From an uncultured Ruficoccus sp. (GTDB taxonomy: Bacteria > Verrucomicrobiota > Verrucomicrobiia > Opitutales > Cerasicoccaceae): 64,000 nt of DNA. Position numbers and translations under genes: made by a program. The notes beneath the pieces are model-generated. The model did not search any database, had not been told where the DNA came from, and saw only the letters and a program-made list of their open reading frames with translations. The stretch spans positions 64,001 to 128,000 of the forward strand of contig OZ223518.1 in NCBI GenBank assembly GCA_965140785.1, written 5' to 3'. Shown here piece by piece: positions 9,162-19,407 of this stretch (within the stretch, counting starts at the first letter, position 1; each line of letters starts with the position of its first letter).

Positions 9162-10064
9162 ATGTGCTTGAAAATAAACGAAAACAGACTCGTTAGGGGT
9201 GGCGGGTCTGCGAACACCCAGCCTGCACCCGGGGAGGCGAGGTCAAAAATAGAATCTCAATACCGTCTCAGCAGAGCGGGGCTGTCACTGATGGAGTTGT
9301 TGGTGTGTCTGGGTATCGTGACGGTGCTCTCAACCATCACCTTTGGGGTGATTCATAAGGCGAGCGATTACGCCGCCATGTCCAACGAGCTTTCAGCGGG
9401 GCGGCGGCTGATCGTCGGCTTCCACCTCTATACGCAGGACCACAACGGCCAGTTTATGCCCGGATTGGACCGGACGGTGTCGTCCATCATGTTCCGCGAT
9501 CACCGGGTCAATTTCGCCGAGGCCCCGCACCGGTATCCCTTCCGGTTGGCACCGTACCTGGACTACGAACTGGAGGGGGCGATCTTCGTCAACGGCAACA
9601 AGGAGCAAATCGTGGAGCAATACGGCTCGGCAGGATCGATCTACGACTACATTGTGAGCCTGCAACCGGCACTGGGCATGAACATGTTTTTCGTGGGCGG
9701 TGAGATCGACGGCCAGGGCAACATGATGGCCGATCAACGCACCGAAGTGGTGGCCCGCCAGTCCCAGATGGAGACCTCGCTTATCGTCTTTGCCTCGGCG
9801 GGAGCCAGTTATTCGGTCGGCAGCAATGACAACCAGCTCCTCGGCTACCATGAGGTGACGGCTCCGTACACCTGGTCCCAGATGCCCTGGAAGGAGAGTG
9901 CCAACCCGGCCGACTACGGCAAGGTCGCCGCCCGCCACGGGGGCAAAGCCGTGTGCGTCTTTCTGGATGGTAGTGTCAAGGCGATGACGATCGGGGAACT
10001 GCGGGACATGCGGCTGTGGAGCACGCAAGCGTATCGCCGGAATGATCCCGGCTACGCTCCCTGA
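9162..10064 (+). CDS. Prepilin-type N-terminal cleavage/methylation protein with H-X9-DG motif
   Basis: RAGLSLMELLVCLGIV and RHGGKAVCVFLDG; start uncertain. Confidence 0.85.
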   Translation: MCLKINENRLVRGGGSANTQPAPGEARSKIESQYRLSRAGLSLMELLVCLGIVTVLSTITFGVIHKASDYAAMSNELSAGRRLIVGFHLYTQDHNGQFMPGLDRTVSSIMFRDHRVNFAEAPHRYPFRLAPYLDYELEGAIFVNGNKEQIVEQYGSAGSIYDYIVSLQPALGMNMFFVGGEIDGQGNMMADQRTEVVARQSQMETSLIVFASAGASYSVGSNDNQLLGYHEVTAPYTWSQMPWKESANPADYGKVAARHGGKAVCVFLDGSVKAMTIGELRDMRLWSTQAYRRNDPGYAP

Positions 10065-10078
10065 GGGCGGGAGCCGGA

Positions 10079-11470
10079 CTATTGCCGCAGGCGCTTTTCC
10101 CAGTCCTGGATATTGCGCGAGAGGTAGTCGCGGATTTTTACTTCGCGCTCGATGGTTTCGTTGAAATACGGGTAGTAGCTTTGGATCGGAGTGCCGCCGG
10201 CTTTCAGCGTACGCAGGTAGCGATTGTAGGCGTGATAGGTCTCGTTTTTGATCAGCCCGTTGAGCTGCCGGGAGATAGTGACGCTGATCTGGTTGAGGGA
10301 GTCTCGCCCGATTTGGTTCACAATGGCTTTACGGCGGACCTGCTCGTTGGCGTCGGCAACGATCTGCATCAGGTCAACGTCTGTGCGCCATTCGTCGCTG
10401 TCGGTGTAGAGGAAGATGGCGACGTTCTGGCGTTGACGGGTAAAGTCGTCCAGCTCTTCACTCTGGCGGGAGAACCTGGGCAGCTCGATGCCGTACCACT
10501 TATGGGGCGAGTCCAGGCGATAGCCGAAGTAACGGATGTCGTTCTTGATGGCGGAGCGCTTGTCGTTAAAAGCCTCCTCGTCGAAGAAAGACTCGATCGG
10601 CACCTGCTCGGCGTAGCTGAGCACACCGACGACTTTTCCGTTGGCGATATGGATGATGGGGCTGCCACTGTTGCCCTCATAGACCGGGGCGTCGTGCTCG
10701 ATTTTGGTCGGGCCGATGCCGACGACGTCGCCCTCGGTCCAGACCATGGTGCCGCCGCCTTTGCTGTTGCCGGGGATGACCAGGGCGTCACCCACCTGAA
10801 CCGTGCCGCCGACGTCTGTTTCAAATTCCAGCGCCTTGTCGGCATAGTCACCGCCCTCGGCGAATCGGATGATGCACAGGTCGTGCTCCTCGGCTCCGTA
10901 GATACCGGTCAGCGTCAGCTTGTTGCCGTCGAGGGTGTGGGCTTCGAGCTCATTCAGGCCGTCGCCGTAGCTGTCGGCGGCATCGGCGCAGCCCAGCACG
11001 TGGATGTTGGTCACCAGAAAGGGGATGTCTCGGATTTTGCAGATAAAGCCAGTGCCGGAGCCGTTGTCTCCCTCGATCAGCACAAGGGCGGGCTGGTACA
11101 GGGAACGGTCGTAGCTGAGCTTACCGCCGCTGGCACCGGCCTTTTCCGCCTCGGCTTCGGCCTTTTCCTTTTCGGCGGCTCGCAGGGCGGCCTGGTAGGC
11201 CTCGGGGTAGTGGATTTTCAACCACTCCATCGAGCCAGGTTCGGGTTCTGAGGAGCCCTCCGTATCGTCGGATTTTTTGTTCTGGGGGTCGCCGCTTGTC
11301 GCGTGAGACGGAGGCACGTCGTGCCAATGCCCGCCGCCCGGGCTCAGCCAGGGAGGGGTACTGTCAGCGAGTTGCCGGGCGTCATTGGACCGGCTGAACT
11401 GGGCGTCGGCATAGTAGCCGCCCCCAATGATCAGCCCGACCAAACCGAAGGTAAGAAACAAGACTTTCAT
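10079..11470 (-). CDS. Trypsin-like serine protease, membrane-anchored or secreted
   Basis: GTGF, TNIHV (His), HDLC (Asp), GNSGSP (Ser). Confidence 0.85.
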   Translation of the reverse strand: MKVLFLTFGLVGLIIGGGYYADAQFSRSNDARQLADSTPPWLSPGGGHWHDVPPSHATSGDPQNKKSDDTEGSSEPEPGSMEWLKIHYPEAYQAALRAAEKEKAEAEAEKAGASGGKLSYDRSLYQPALVLIEGDNGSGTGFICKIRDIPFLVTNIHVLGCADAADSYGDGLNELEAHTLDGNKLTLTGIYGAEEHDLCIIRFAEGGDYADKALEFETDVGGTVQVGDALVIPGNSKGGGTMVWTEGDVVGIGPTKIEHDAPVYEGNSGSPIIHIANGKVVGVLSYAEQVPIESFFDEEAFNDKRSAIKNDIRYFGYRLDSPHKWYGIELPRFSRQSEELDDFTRQRQNVAIFLYTDSDEWRTDVDLMQIVADANEQVRRKAIVNQIGRDSLNQISVTISRQLNGLIKNETYHAYNRYLRTLKAGGTPIQSYYPYFNETIEREVKIRDYLSRNIQDWEKRLRQ

Positions 11471-11632
11471 GGCGGAAAAAGTTCGTTACTAACGAAGTGT
11501 AGGGGAGCGGCCTTTGGGCGTAAAGTGTATTTACGGAAAATGCCCTATGTTAGCCAGAGATATACATTGCGTGGACTTGCGGGCCCGATTCAAAGCTTGG
11601 AATGCGGACGAGGCCGTCCAATGCTCGATCCC

Positions 11633-12430
11633 ATGGAACTGATCGACAGCCATTGCCACCTGCAACGCTTTTACCAACAGGGAGAACTCGACGCTGTCCT
11701 CGCTCGTGCGGCTGAGGCCGGGGTGGGACGGCTGATCACGATCGGAACCAGCCAGGAGGATTGGCCCCTGTACCGGCAACTGGCCGACGAGCAACCGGAA
11801 CGCATCTTCTGGGCGGCCGGGCTTCACCCTTCAGACGTGGCCGAGGACTGGGAGCAGCAGGTGGAGATGCTCCCGCAATATTGGCAAAGCGGCCCGCCGC
11901 CGGTCGCGGTAGGCGAAATCGGGCTGGACCGATTCCGTCTGCCCAAAGACGCAGCCGAGGCCGCCACGGTCATGGTGCGGCAGGACAAGGCGTTCCGGCG
12001 GCAGTTGGAGTTGGCGGCGGAGCTGAACATGCCCGTGGTCGTGCATTCGCGCCAGGCCTTCGAGGCATGCGTGGCTGTGATCGACGAGGTGAAGTTCCCC
12101 TGGGAGCGTGTGGTCTTTCACTGCTTTGTGGACGGACCCGCGCAAATGCGGTTGCTCAACCGGCACGGGGGGCGCGGCTCTTTCACTGGTATCGTGACTT
12201 ATAAAAGCGCGCCCGAAGTGCGCGAAGCCTGTCGCGAGCAGGGATTGGAGCGCCTGATGGTGGAGACGGACGCTCCCTACCTGGCCCCGGTGCCCCACCG
12301 GGGCAAGCCCTGCGAACCGGTCATGGTACGCGATACGGCGACGCTCATTGCCCAGGAGCTGAGGGTGGAACTGGAAGAGCTGGCCGCCACCACCACGGCC
12401 AACGCGCGCGCTTTCTTTAATCTTCCGTAG
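11633..12430 (+). CDS. tatD: TatD family hydrolase/DNase
   Basis: IDSHCHL, GLHP, GEIGLD, VHSR, FHCF, ETDAPYLAP. Confidence 0.93.
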   Translation: MELIDSHCHLQRFYQQGELDAVLARAAEAGVGRLITIGTSQEDWPLYRQLADEQPERIFWAAGLHPSDVAEDWEQQVEMLPQYWQSGPPPVAVGEIGLDRFRLPKDAAEAATVMVRQDKAFRRQLELAAELNMPVVVHSRQAFEACVAVIDEVKFPWERVVFHCFVDGPAQMRLLNRHGGRGSFTGIVTYKSAPEVREACREQGLERLMVETDAPYLAPVPHRGKPCEPVMVRDTATLIAQELRVELEELAATTTANARAFFNLP

Positions 12431-13067
12431 GCTGCGCCGGTGAATCCGGGGCGGCCTCGTCGGAGGTCTTTTTGAGTACGCCGCGCATGGTGACCAGAGC
12501 GCGGTTATTGCCGACCGCAACTTCCTCGTAGCCCTCGATGATCAGGGTGGAGCCCTCCGGGCCTTCGTCAAAAGTGTCGGTGACTTTGCGCGAAAGCGGA
12601 TCGGTGTCGTCCCCCGGCATCCAACTGATGCGCTTGCCGTCCTCGTTGACCTTGGCCACATAAAAATGCTCGTTACCGTCCTGTTCGGCGATGGAATAAA
12701 TTCGCCCGTTCTCGATGTAGGTCAGCGAACTGGAGGTTGAGAGCGTGCCCTGGGCGGCGAGCACGGCCTGCCCCTTCAGCACGTGATTGCCGTCGATGTC
12801 CGCCCACCAGTACTGCTGCTCGATCTCGATGGTCTGGATAACACGATTCAGGCTGCGGATCTCGAAGTTGCCGACCCAGCGGCCGACGTAGTGCTTGAGT
12901 ACGTCGTTGAGCCTGGCCTCGTCGTCGGGCACGGGCTTGGAGGAGTCGGGATGGGTAACGCTCAGGGGGGCGCTGTCGGCAAGGGCATCGTTGGTCTGGG
13001 CATACAGCGGGCTGACGACAAGCAGCGCGACCGAAAGCGTGGAAACAAAGCGGGTGAGCATACTCAC
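12417..13067 (-). CDS. Secreted hypothetical protein
   Basis: Signal peptide followed by a beta-rich body; GC-typical codon usage. Confidence 0.7.
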   Translation of the reverse strand: MSMLTRFVSTLSVALLVVSPLYAQTNDALADSAPLSVTHPDSSKPVPDDEARLNDVLKHYVGRWVGNFEIRSLNRVIQTIEIEQQYWWADIDGNHVLKGQAVLAAQGTLSTSSSLTYIENGRIYSIAEQDGNEHFYVAKVNEDGKRISWMPGDDTDPLSRKVTDTFDEGPEGSTLIIEGYEEVAVGNNRALVTMRGVLKKTSDEAAPDSPAQPTED

Positions 13068-13124
13068 AAAATGGGCGAAACTTTGCCGTTGGCAAGCGCG
13101 GGCGGGAAAAGAGATACTTTACCT

Positions 13125-13490
13125 ATGGCCGATGAGGATACCACGCTGGGACAGCTCAAGGGGCGTGTGCAGGCATTCGCACGGGAGCGCGACTGGGAGC
13201 AGTTCCACTCGCCCAAGAACCTGAGCATGGCGCTGGCCGCCGAGGCTGCCGAGCTGATGGAGCACTACCTGTGGGTGGACGCGCCCGGCTCTCAGGCCCG
13301 CAGCGCCGAGCCGGACCGGCGGGCCCGGATCGAGGAGGAACTGGCCGATGTTGTCATCTATGCGCTGGAGTTCGCCAATGTCACCGGCCTGGACCTGAGC
13401 GAGGCCATTCGCCGCAAGATGGCTCGCAACGCTGAAAAGTACCCCGTCGAAAAAGCCCGTGGCCGCGCCGACAAGTACGACGAACTTTAG
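13125..13490 (+). CDS. MazG-like nucleotide pyrophosphohydrolase (dCTPase type)
   Basis: ERDWEQFHSPKNL, EAAEL, EELADV, NAEKYP. Confidence 0.9.
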   Translation: MADEDTTLGQLKGRVQAFARERDWEQFHSPKNLSMALAAEAAELMEHYLWVDAPGSQARSAEPDRRARIEEELADVVIYALEFANVTGLDLSEAIRRKMARNAEKYPVEKARGRADKYDEL

Positions 13491-13496
13491 ACCGCG

Positions 13497-13589
13497 TTAC
13501 AGCACGAACGTTACGCACAGCCCCAGGCCGAGCAGGAGGATGAGGACGCTCAGGGCGGTGGCTTCGCGACGGGTCAGGTTGAGCAGCAT
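13497..13589 (-). CDS. Putative 30-aa membrane peptide MLLNLTRREATALSVLILLLGLGLCVTFVL
   Basis: Manual translation; strong GC third-position bias; single TM helix. Confidence 0.55.
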   Translation of the reverse strand: MLLNLTRREATALSVLILLLGLGLCVTFVL

Positions 13590-13753
13590 GGCAGGAGAAG
13601 GTTGCGGCTCTTATCCTTACTCAATTCAAATGATAAAACAAGCGCATCCGCGTTTCGTCCTTTGCGCAGACCGTCTCGTGTTCTCTTCGTGCTTTCCGCC
13701 TTTCCTGTTAAACCTATTTTCTAGTGGGGGCGCCCCTTGCGGAGAAATCGCGC

Positions 13754-14995
13754 TCAGACAAAATTGAGCGGCGGAAAGGCGCGGTTGATAACTTTGCCGG
13801 GGTTGGCCTGCATCCACTTCTTGAGCACGGTGGCGTACACCTGTCGGAAGTCGGTGGAGAACTTCAGGTCCTTATTTTTCTCGACGTTGAGGTTCGGGGC
13901 CTGTCCGACGAGTGTGTCGCGCACCCCTGCGCCCATGACGAAGAGCGGCGCGGCGGTGCCATGGTCGGTGCCGCCACTGGCGTTCTCGTTCGGACGGCGC
14001 CCGAACTCGGAGAAGGTCATGGTCAGGACCTGGTCCTGTAGGCCGTGCCGCTCCAGGTCGAACTGAAACGCGGCCAGCGCGCTGGACAGTTCGCCCAGCA
14101 ACTGGCTGTGCTTGTTGGCCTGGTTGGAGTGGGTGTCGTAGCCGCTCTGGCGCACGAAGTAAACGCGCGTCTCCAGCCCGGCTGCAATGAGCGCGGCGAC
14201 CCGCTTGAGCGATTGGGCGAGGGCGTTCCCCTGGTAATCGGCCATGGGCTTGTACTTGCCCAGAACCTGGTTGACGCGGCGCTCGGTCACGATGGCGTCC
14301 ATCAGTGTGTGCTGAAGGTAGCCGGCATTGCCCTCGCTCCCGGCGGTTTCGACGACGCCCTCAAGCAGGTTGATCTCGGTGTCGGCGGATTTGCCGATAC
14401 CACCCCGGGCGGGCATGCCGAAAATGTTGTGCGGGGTATCGGACTGGCAGGACTGGGGCATCTCGTCGCCGATATGGATCGCGTTGGGATCGGGCGAGTC
14501 GGGCCGACCCGCGCACTCGGCATCGAAGTAGCGGCCGATCCAGCCAGTGGTGGCGGTCCGGTTGCTGTCTACGGCGGTTTCCCAGATTTCAGTCGAGCGG
14601 AAGTGACTGCGGTTGGGATTGGGGTAGCCCACGTTCTGGACGATGGAGAGCTGGCCGTTTTTCCACAGCTCGCTCATTTCTCCCATGGCCGGATGCAGGC
14701 CGGTCAGCCCGTTCAGCCGGATGACCTCCTTGGCGGTGAGTCCGATTTTCGGGCGCAGCTTATAGTAGTTGTCATCGGCAAAGGGGATGACCGTGTTGAG
14801 GCCGTCGTTGCCGCCGGCGAGCTGCACCAGGACTAGGATGGTGCGGTCGCGCTCGGCCCCGGGCACCTGGGCGGCGGTGGCACGGGTTATGAAGGCCGGG
14901 ACGAGGCCGCTGAAGGCCAGGAGCCCGAGCCCTCCGGCTGAACTACGCAGGAATTCTCGGCGGGTCAGGGGGAAGCGCGGGAGGGGCTCGTTCAT
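13754..14995 (-). CDS. DUF1501 family protein (Tat signal)
   Basis: TRREFL, LAGGNDGLN, NRSHFRS, GYDTH, FSEFGRR, GTDHG. Confidence 0.9.
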   Translation of the reverse strand: MNEPLPRFPLTRREFLRSSAGGLGLLAFSGLVPAFITRATAAQVPGAERDRTILVLVQLAGGNDGLNTVIPFADDNYYKLRPKIGLTAKEVIRLNGLTGLHPAMGEMSELWKNGQLSIVQNVGYPNPNRSHFRSTEIWETAVDSNRTATTGWIGRYFDAECAGRPDSPDPNAIHIGDEMPQSCQSDTPHNIFGMPARGGIGKSADTEINLLEGVVETAGSEGNAGYLQHTLMDAIVTERRVNQVLGKYKPMADYQGNALAQSLKRVAALIAAGLETRVYFVRQSGYDTHSNQANKHSQLLGELSSALAAFQFDLERHGLQDQVLTMTFSEFGRRPNENASGGTDHGTAAPLFVMGAGVRDTLVGQAPNLNVEKNKDLKFSTDFRQVYATVLKKWMQANPGKVINRAFPPLNFV

Positions 14996-15034
14996 GGCTG
15001 GCTGGGGGGCGGAAACTATTTTGTTTAAAAAAGC

Positions 15035-16525
15035 TCAACAGAGTTGGTACTGCGGGGTCTGGAGGATGGTTTGAATGACTTCCCGGGTGCTCCTGTATTT
15101 ACCGCCTTCAGCCCGGGCGATGTGGGCTTCGAGTTGCTGGCGAAAAGCTTCACTGGGCATCTCGGTCAGGAAGAGGCGGCAGAGGTGGTTGACGACGTAT
15201 TCCGGCGGTTGGCCGTAGAGGTATTTCAGGTCGGACGAGGAAATATTGAAATCGGTGTGGCCGGCTGCGCGGGCAGCTTTGAGATCACGCAGCTCGTCGG
15301 CGTTGAGCTTGTCCTCATTGATTCCCCAGAAGAGGGTCCGTGTCAACTGCCGCCGGGCTTCCAGCGTGGTGGCGTTGATCCAGTGCCGACCGCCGACCCA
15401 GCCGCGGACGTTGGGCGGGTTGTAAAACTCCTGCCCCATGGACCGGAGCCGACTCAGGGTCCGGCTGGGCAATGGGGGGATGTCCAGCTTCGCATCTTGG
15501 AATACGCCGACGTAGAACTGGACGGGGCTCTTGATGAGATTCATACGGTACTCGGGCGCGTAGAAGATCCGGCTGCGGAAAAATGTCTGCAACAGGGTGC
15601 TCATGTCGAAGTTGTGCATGCGCCAGACCCGGCCGAGCTCACGTATGAACGGCTCGGGCAGAGGCTGCTCCGAGAGATAGAAGTGCACCATCTCGCGCGG
15701 GACAAAGGTCTGGGCTGCCGGTTGCTGATAGACCAGGTCAATCACGTCATCGCCGTTGAAGCGCCCGGTCTTGTCGAAAACGGTTTTCATACCGTCGTCA
15801 TGATGCTTCCCCGAGAACCGGAATCCGTCCTTGCCGACGCGGTAGCCGGTGAAGGCGCGGGCCGCCTCCTTGATATCCTTTTCGCTGTAGTTGCCCTCTC
15901 CGAGAGTGAACAGCTCGAACAGCTCGCGGGCAAAATTCTCGTTCGGGGCCGATTTGGTATTCCGGTCGAGATTGAGGTATTTGATCATGGCGGGCGAGCG
16001 GCTGACCGCCTTGGCCAGATCCCGGTACGAGCCGAATCCCTTCATCCGCAGCAGGTCCTGATGGTCAAAGAGTAAATCGGTCTGCGGGACGCTTTGTCGC
16101 CCGACGACGAAGATATTCTGGAGAAAAAGCACGTACTTCTCCTGGGGCGAAGTAGCGGGCTGACGGGCGAACTGGAGCCAGCGGATACCGTAGTCCTGGT
16201 AGGCCTCGCCGCGCAGCTTCCGCTGCTCGCGCCGGATCTCCCGTTTCTTTTCCGGGTCCTTCGTCTCGCGGACCATGGCCTCCATCTGCGAGCTTTCCTC
16301 TGTATACTCGAGGACTTCCTGAGGCTCGGGCATGGGGGTGGGGGTGCTGAACCAGGCCTCCAGTGTGGCGTCGAGTCCTCGGCTGCGAGTGTTCTCTACT
16401 TCCTCCGGCGTGGACGAAAAACCCGCTCGGCGCAGCAAATGCCGCGTCTCTTTTTCGCCCCACTGATCCGGGGGCACTGCCTGCCAGGCCTGGCGCGGCG
16501 TGAGGTTTTTTATGCTCGTCGTCAC
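15035..16525 (-). CDS. DUF1800 family protein
   Basis: HLLRRAGF, PNENFARELFELFTLG, PPNVRGW; paired with DUF1501. Confidence 0.9.
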   Translation of the reverse strand: MTTSIKNLTPRQAWQAVPPDQWGEKETRHLLRRAGFSSTPEEVENTRSRGLDATLEAWFSTPTPMPEPQEVLEYTEESSQMEAMVRETKDPEKKREIRREQRKLRGEAYQDYGIRWLQFARQPATSPQEKYVLFLQNIFVVGRQSVPQTDLLFDHQDLLRMKGFGSYRDLAKAVSRSPAMIKYLNLDRNTKSAPNENFARELFELFTLGEGNYSEKDIKEAARAFTGYRVGKDGFRFSGKHHDDGMKTVFDKTGRFNGDDVIDLVYQQPAAQTFVPREMVHFYLSEQPLPEPFIRELGRVWRMHNFDMSTLLQTFFRSRIFYAPEYRMNLIKSPVQFYVGVFQDAKLDIPPLPSRTLSRLRSMGQEFYNPPNVRGWVGGRHWINATTLEARRQLTRTLFWGINEDKLNADELRDLKAARAAGHTDFNISSSDLKYLYGQPPEYVVNHLCRLFLTEMPSEAFRQQLEAHIARAEGGKYRSTREVIQTILQTPQYQLC

Positions 16526-16623
16526 CGCTGATTAGTGTTAACCTCCACGATCAGTTAAAGTTCCGAACAATCTTAATTTAGTTGTATTCAAAAATACCTT
16601 AAACGCAAAACGTAAATAACCCT

Positions 16624-17196
16624 ATGCGCAACTTGGCTCGTTCTTCTTTTCTCTTTTTTTCCGCCGCTTTGGTCGGACTTTTCGCCTTCAGTGGTTGTGA
16701 CACCACCAACACCTCCGAAAACGCCCAGCTGATTTCTTCCATGAAGACCTTCCACATGGGAGAGGTCCGCGGTGCTATCAGTGGCTTTTCCTCCCGCGAT
16801 CAGCAGGATGTGGTCGTCTTGACCCAGGAGATGGTCGCCCGTCGACTGGAGTCGCTCGGCTACCGCGAGGTGCAGACCTCGGACCCCGCCGACATGACCG
16901 TCATCCCGGGATGGAGCTTCTATCAGGAGCGTAACCCGGCCCTGCAAAATTCCGAGCCAGTCTCCTACGAGCAGGCGCTTTACCAGTCGGGTAATCTGAG
17001 CATGGCCCGCCTCGGCGTCGAGGTTCTCGGCGGCAGCGGTCAGGTGCTCTGGAGCTCGATGGCGAGTTGGGGCATCCAGGCTTCGGTCAATACGACGCAG
17101 GACTTTTCGCACGCGGCTGAGCAGGCGCTTATCGGTTTTCCCGAAGCCCAGCCCGATGCCGCGGTCAAGGCTCCGGCCACACCCAGCGATTCCTGA
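16624..17196 (+). CDS. Lipoprotein (DUF4136-like)
   Basis: Lipobox FSGC; L..LGY and Q.LW pattern. Confidence 0.65.
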   Translation: MRNLARSSFLFFSAALVGLFAFSGCDTTNTSENAQLISSMKTFHMGEVRGAISGFSSRDQQDVVVLTQEMVARRLESLGYREVQTSDPADMTVIPGWSFYQERNPALQNSEPVSYEQALYQSGNLSMARLGVEVLGGSGQVLWSSMASWGIQASVNTTQDFSHAAEQALIGFPEAQPDAAVKAPATPSDS

Positions 17197-17276
17197 ATCG
17201 GGGGCTAAACGGGTACCGCTTTATTCATAAGCAGAGGACGCGGATCAGCCTCAACGGCACTCGTTAATTTTTCACT

Positions 17277-17312
17277 ATCCTCCGTCCGTTTGCGGGCGGG
17301 GGATTCTTTTTT
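17277..17312 (+). terminator. Rho-independent terminator
   Basis: atcctccgtccg tttg cgggcgggggat followed by a T tract. Confidence 0.6.
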
Positions 17313-17348
17313 ACGCTGGAGGGAAGCTCGACTCAACCAGCCTCTGGC

Positions 17349-18482
17349 CTACACCTCGCGCGAAGTGCGGTAGAGGCGTGGCACCCGCTTGGTGATCGAG
17401 CAGAAAGCCTCCCAGGGCACACAGTCGGCCCAGTGGCTGAACTCCTGCACGCCGATTTCCTCCTCTGCCTGATGGCCGATGATCGTCACGGTATCGCCGG
17501 CGGTGGCCTCGGGGTTGTCGGTCAGATCCACGATGGTCTGGTCCATGGTCACCCGGCCCAGGACCGGGCAGCGTCTGCCCCGGATGAGGACCTGGGCGCG
17601 GTTGCTGGCCGTGGTCGGGATGCCGTCGCCGTAGCCAGCGGTGATCACCCCCAGCCGGGAGTCACGCTGTAGGCGGCAGGTCTGCCCGTAGCTGATACCA
17701 GTCCCGGCGGGCAAGTGTTTGGTGATGCCGATGCGGGTATGAAAACTCAGGACGGGCTCGGGCTTGAGCTCGGCCAGGAAGGAATCGGGGTAGGGCAGGC
17801 AGCCGAACTGTAGCAGCCCCACGCGCACGGCGTTGAAGGGTGAGTCCTGGCTGAGCGTTTCCAGCCCTGCGCTATTGTCGGCGTGGATGAGCAGCGCAGC
17901 CGGGTCGAGGTCGGGCAGCGCTTCGAGTACGCGCAGGAAGCGGTTGCGCTGCTCCTGGGTGAAGGCCGGATCGGTGTCGGCGCTGGAAAAGTGGGTGAAG
18001 ATGCCCGCCAATTTCAGGTGCGGAGTGGCCATGATCTGCCGGTAGAGCCCCGCGGCGTTCTCGTGCCAAATGCCCAGCCGCCCCATGCCGGTGTCGATCT
18101 TGAGGTGAACGGGCAGGACCCCCTTGGCACGCTCCGCGGCGGTGGCCAGCCGCTCCACTTCCTCGGGGGTGGAGACGGTAGCGGTCAGGTCGTACTCGGC
18201 CAGATAGCGCTCCTCTTCCGGCAGGACGGGGCCGAGGACCAGGATCGGCCAGCCCCGGCCGATTTCGCGCAGCTCGGCCGCCTCGTAAACATTGGCCACG
18301 GCGAACATGCTCGCGCCGCTCTGCATCAAGCGGGTAACCATGCGCGGCATGCCATGGCCGTAGGCGTCGGCCTTGACCACGGCCACGTACTGCATGTGCG
18401 GCGGCAGTGCCGCCCGAATCCGCCCCAGGTTCCGCTCCAGCGCGCCCAGATCAATTTCCGCCCAGCAACGATATTTCTTCAT
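17349..18482 (-). CDS. alr: Alanine racemase
   Basis: [35 protein letters not shown]. Confidence 0.95.
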   Translation of the reverse strand: MKKYRCWAEIDLGALERNLGRIRAALPPHMQYVAVVKADAYGHGMPRMVTRLMQSGASMFAVANVYEAAELREIGRGWPILVLGPVLPEEERYLAEYDLTATVSTPEEVERLATAAERAKGVLPVHLKIDTGMGRLGIWHENAAGLYRQIMATPHLKLAGIFTHFSSADTDPAFTQEQRNRFLRVLEALPDLDPAALLIHADNSAGLETLSQDSPFNAVRVGLLQFGCLPYPDSFLAELKPEPVLSFHTRIGITKHLPAGTGISYGQTCRLQRDSRLGVITAGYGDGIPTTASNRAQVLIRGRRCPVLGRVTMDQTIVDLTDNPEATAGDTVTIIGHQAEEEIGVQEFSHWADCVPWEAFCSITKRVPRLYRTSREV

Positions 18483-18599
18483 CGATCTCACAGCAAAGCA
18501 CGCCGATCCCGCCCGTGCAATGAAGCAAATCGTCCGGCCTGCTTTTCTGGAGGGGGCGGCAGCCACAATGCACAAAATTCTTAGTGCAGGCTCGGAAGA

Positions 18600-19247
18600 C
18601 TATTTATGCCGCGCGGGGGTCCAGGTGCGGTACGATGGTTCGTTGACCAGGTAGAGGCCGGGGGCCTCGGCAGGCCGGAGGAGGCCGGGGGTGGTCAGGA
18701 GTTCCGGATGCTCGCGCAGGTCGTTCGTGATGGGCTCGGCGTGCGCGGGCGGGGTGTGCCAGGACTTACGCTGGCGCAGGTGGTAGATCGGGCCGGTCAA
18801 GGTTTCCAGCGCCTCCGGTTCGACTTCGGTGATCTTGCTGTCGGGGTGGGTGAGGAGGTTCCAGCGCGTTTGCCGGGCCTCCGCGATGACGTGGAAGGGC
18901 GTGTCGTTTTTCTGCTTAGCCGCGACCAGCGCGGCGGAAAGCTCCAGGCTGCGGCAGGTCAGCACCTCGGCCTGCTCCCAGGCCGGCAGCGCCAGCCACG
19001 AGCGAATGGCCATGGCGGCCAGGCGAATGCCCAGCACCGAGCCGGGGCCCTCGCAGTGGATGAAGCCCTGCACCGCTTCCAGTTTCCGTCCGCTATCGCG
19101 CAGACAACCTTCCACGAGCGAAAAAATACTCTCCAGCGCCGGGCTTTGCTCCGTGCGGTAGGCCAGCCACTGTCCGCCCCGCCAGAGACCGGCTTGGGCA
19201 CTCACCGAACTGGCATCTAGAAAAAGGTATAGGCGGTCGTTATCCAC
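18600..19247 (-). CDS. tsaB: TsaB-like tRNA threonylcarbamoyladenosine biosynthesis protein
   Basis: LFLDASS and GPGSVLGIR (divergent GPGSFTGLR). Confidence 0.65.
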   Translation of the reverse strand: MDNDRLYLFLDASSVSAQAGLWRGGQWLAYRTEQSPALESIFSLVEGCLRDSGRKLEAVQGFIHCEGPGSVLGIRLAAMAIRSWLALPAWEQAEVLTCRSLELSAALVAAKQKNDTPFHVIAEARQTRWNLLTHPDSKITEVEPEALETLTGPIYHLRQRKSWHTPPAHAEPITNDLREHPELLTTPGLLRPAEAPGLYLVNEPSYRTWTPARHK

Positions 19248-19257
19248 TTCTTTTATG

Positions 19258-19405
19258 ATTCGTAAATTCGGGGATTTATTAATTCGAAAATTAAATCAAT
19301 CGAAAGTGAAAAAATGACGCGGGCTCGAAGACAGCGCAATCGACAATCGGCCCCAGCGCCCCCAAAAAAATCTACGAATTTATGAATCTATAAATCTACG
19401 AATTT
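19258..19405. repeat. Inverted octamer tandem arms, empty
   Basis: attcgtaa attcgggg atttatta attcgaaa versus aatctacg aatttatg aatctata aatctacg. Confidence 0.7.
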
Positions 19406-19407
19406 TA

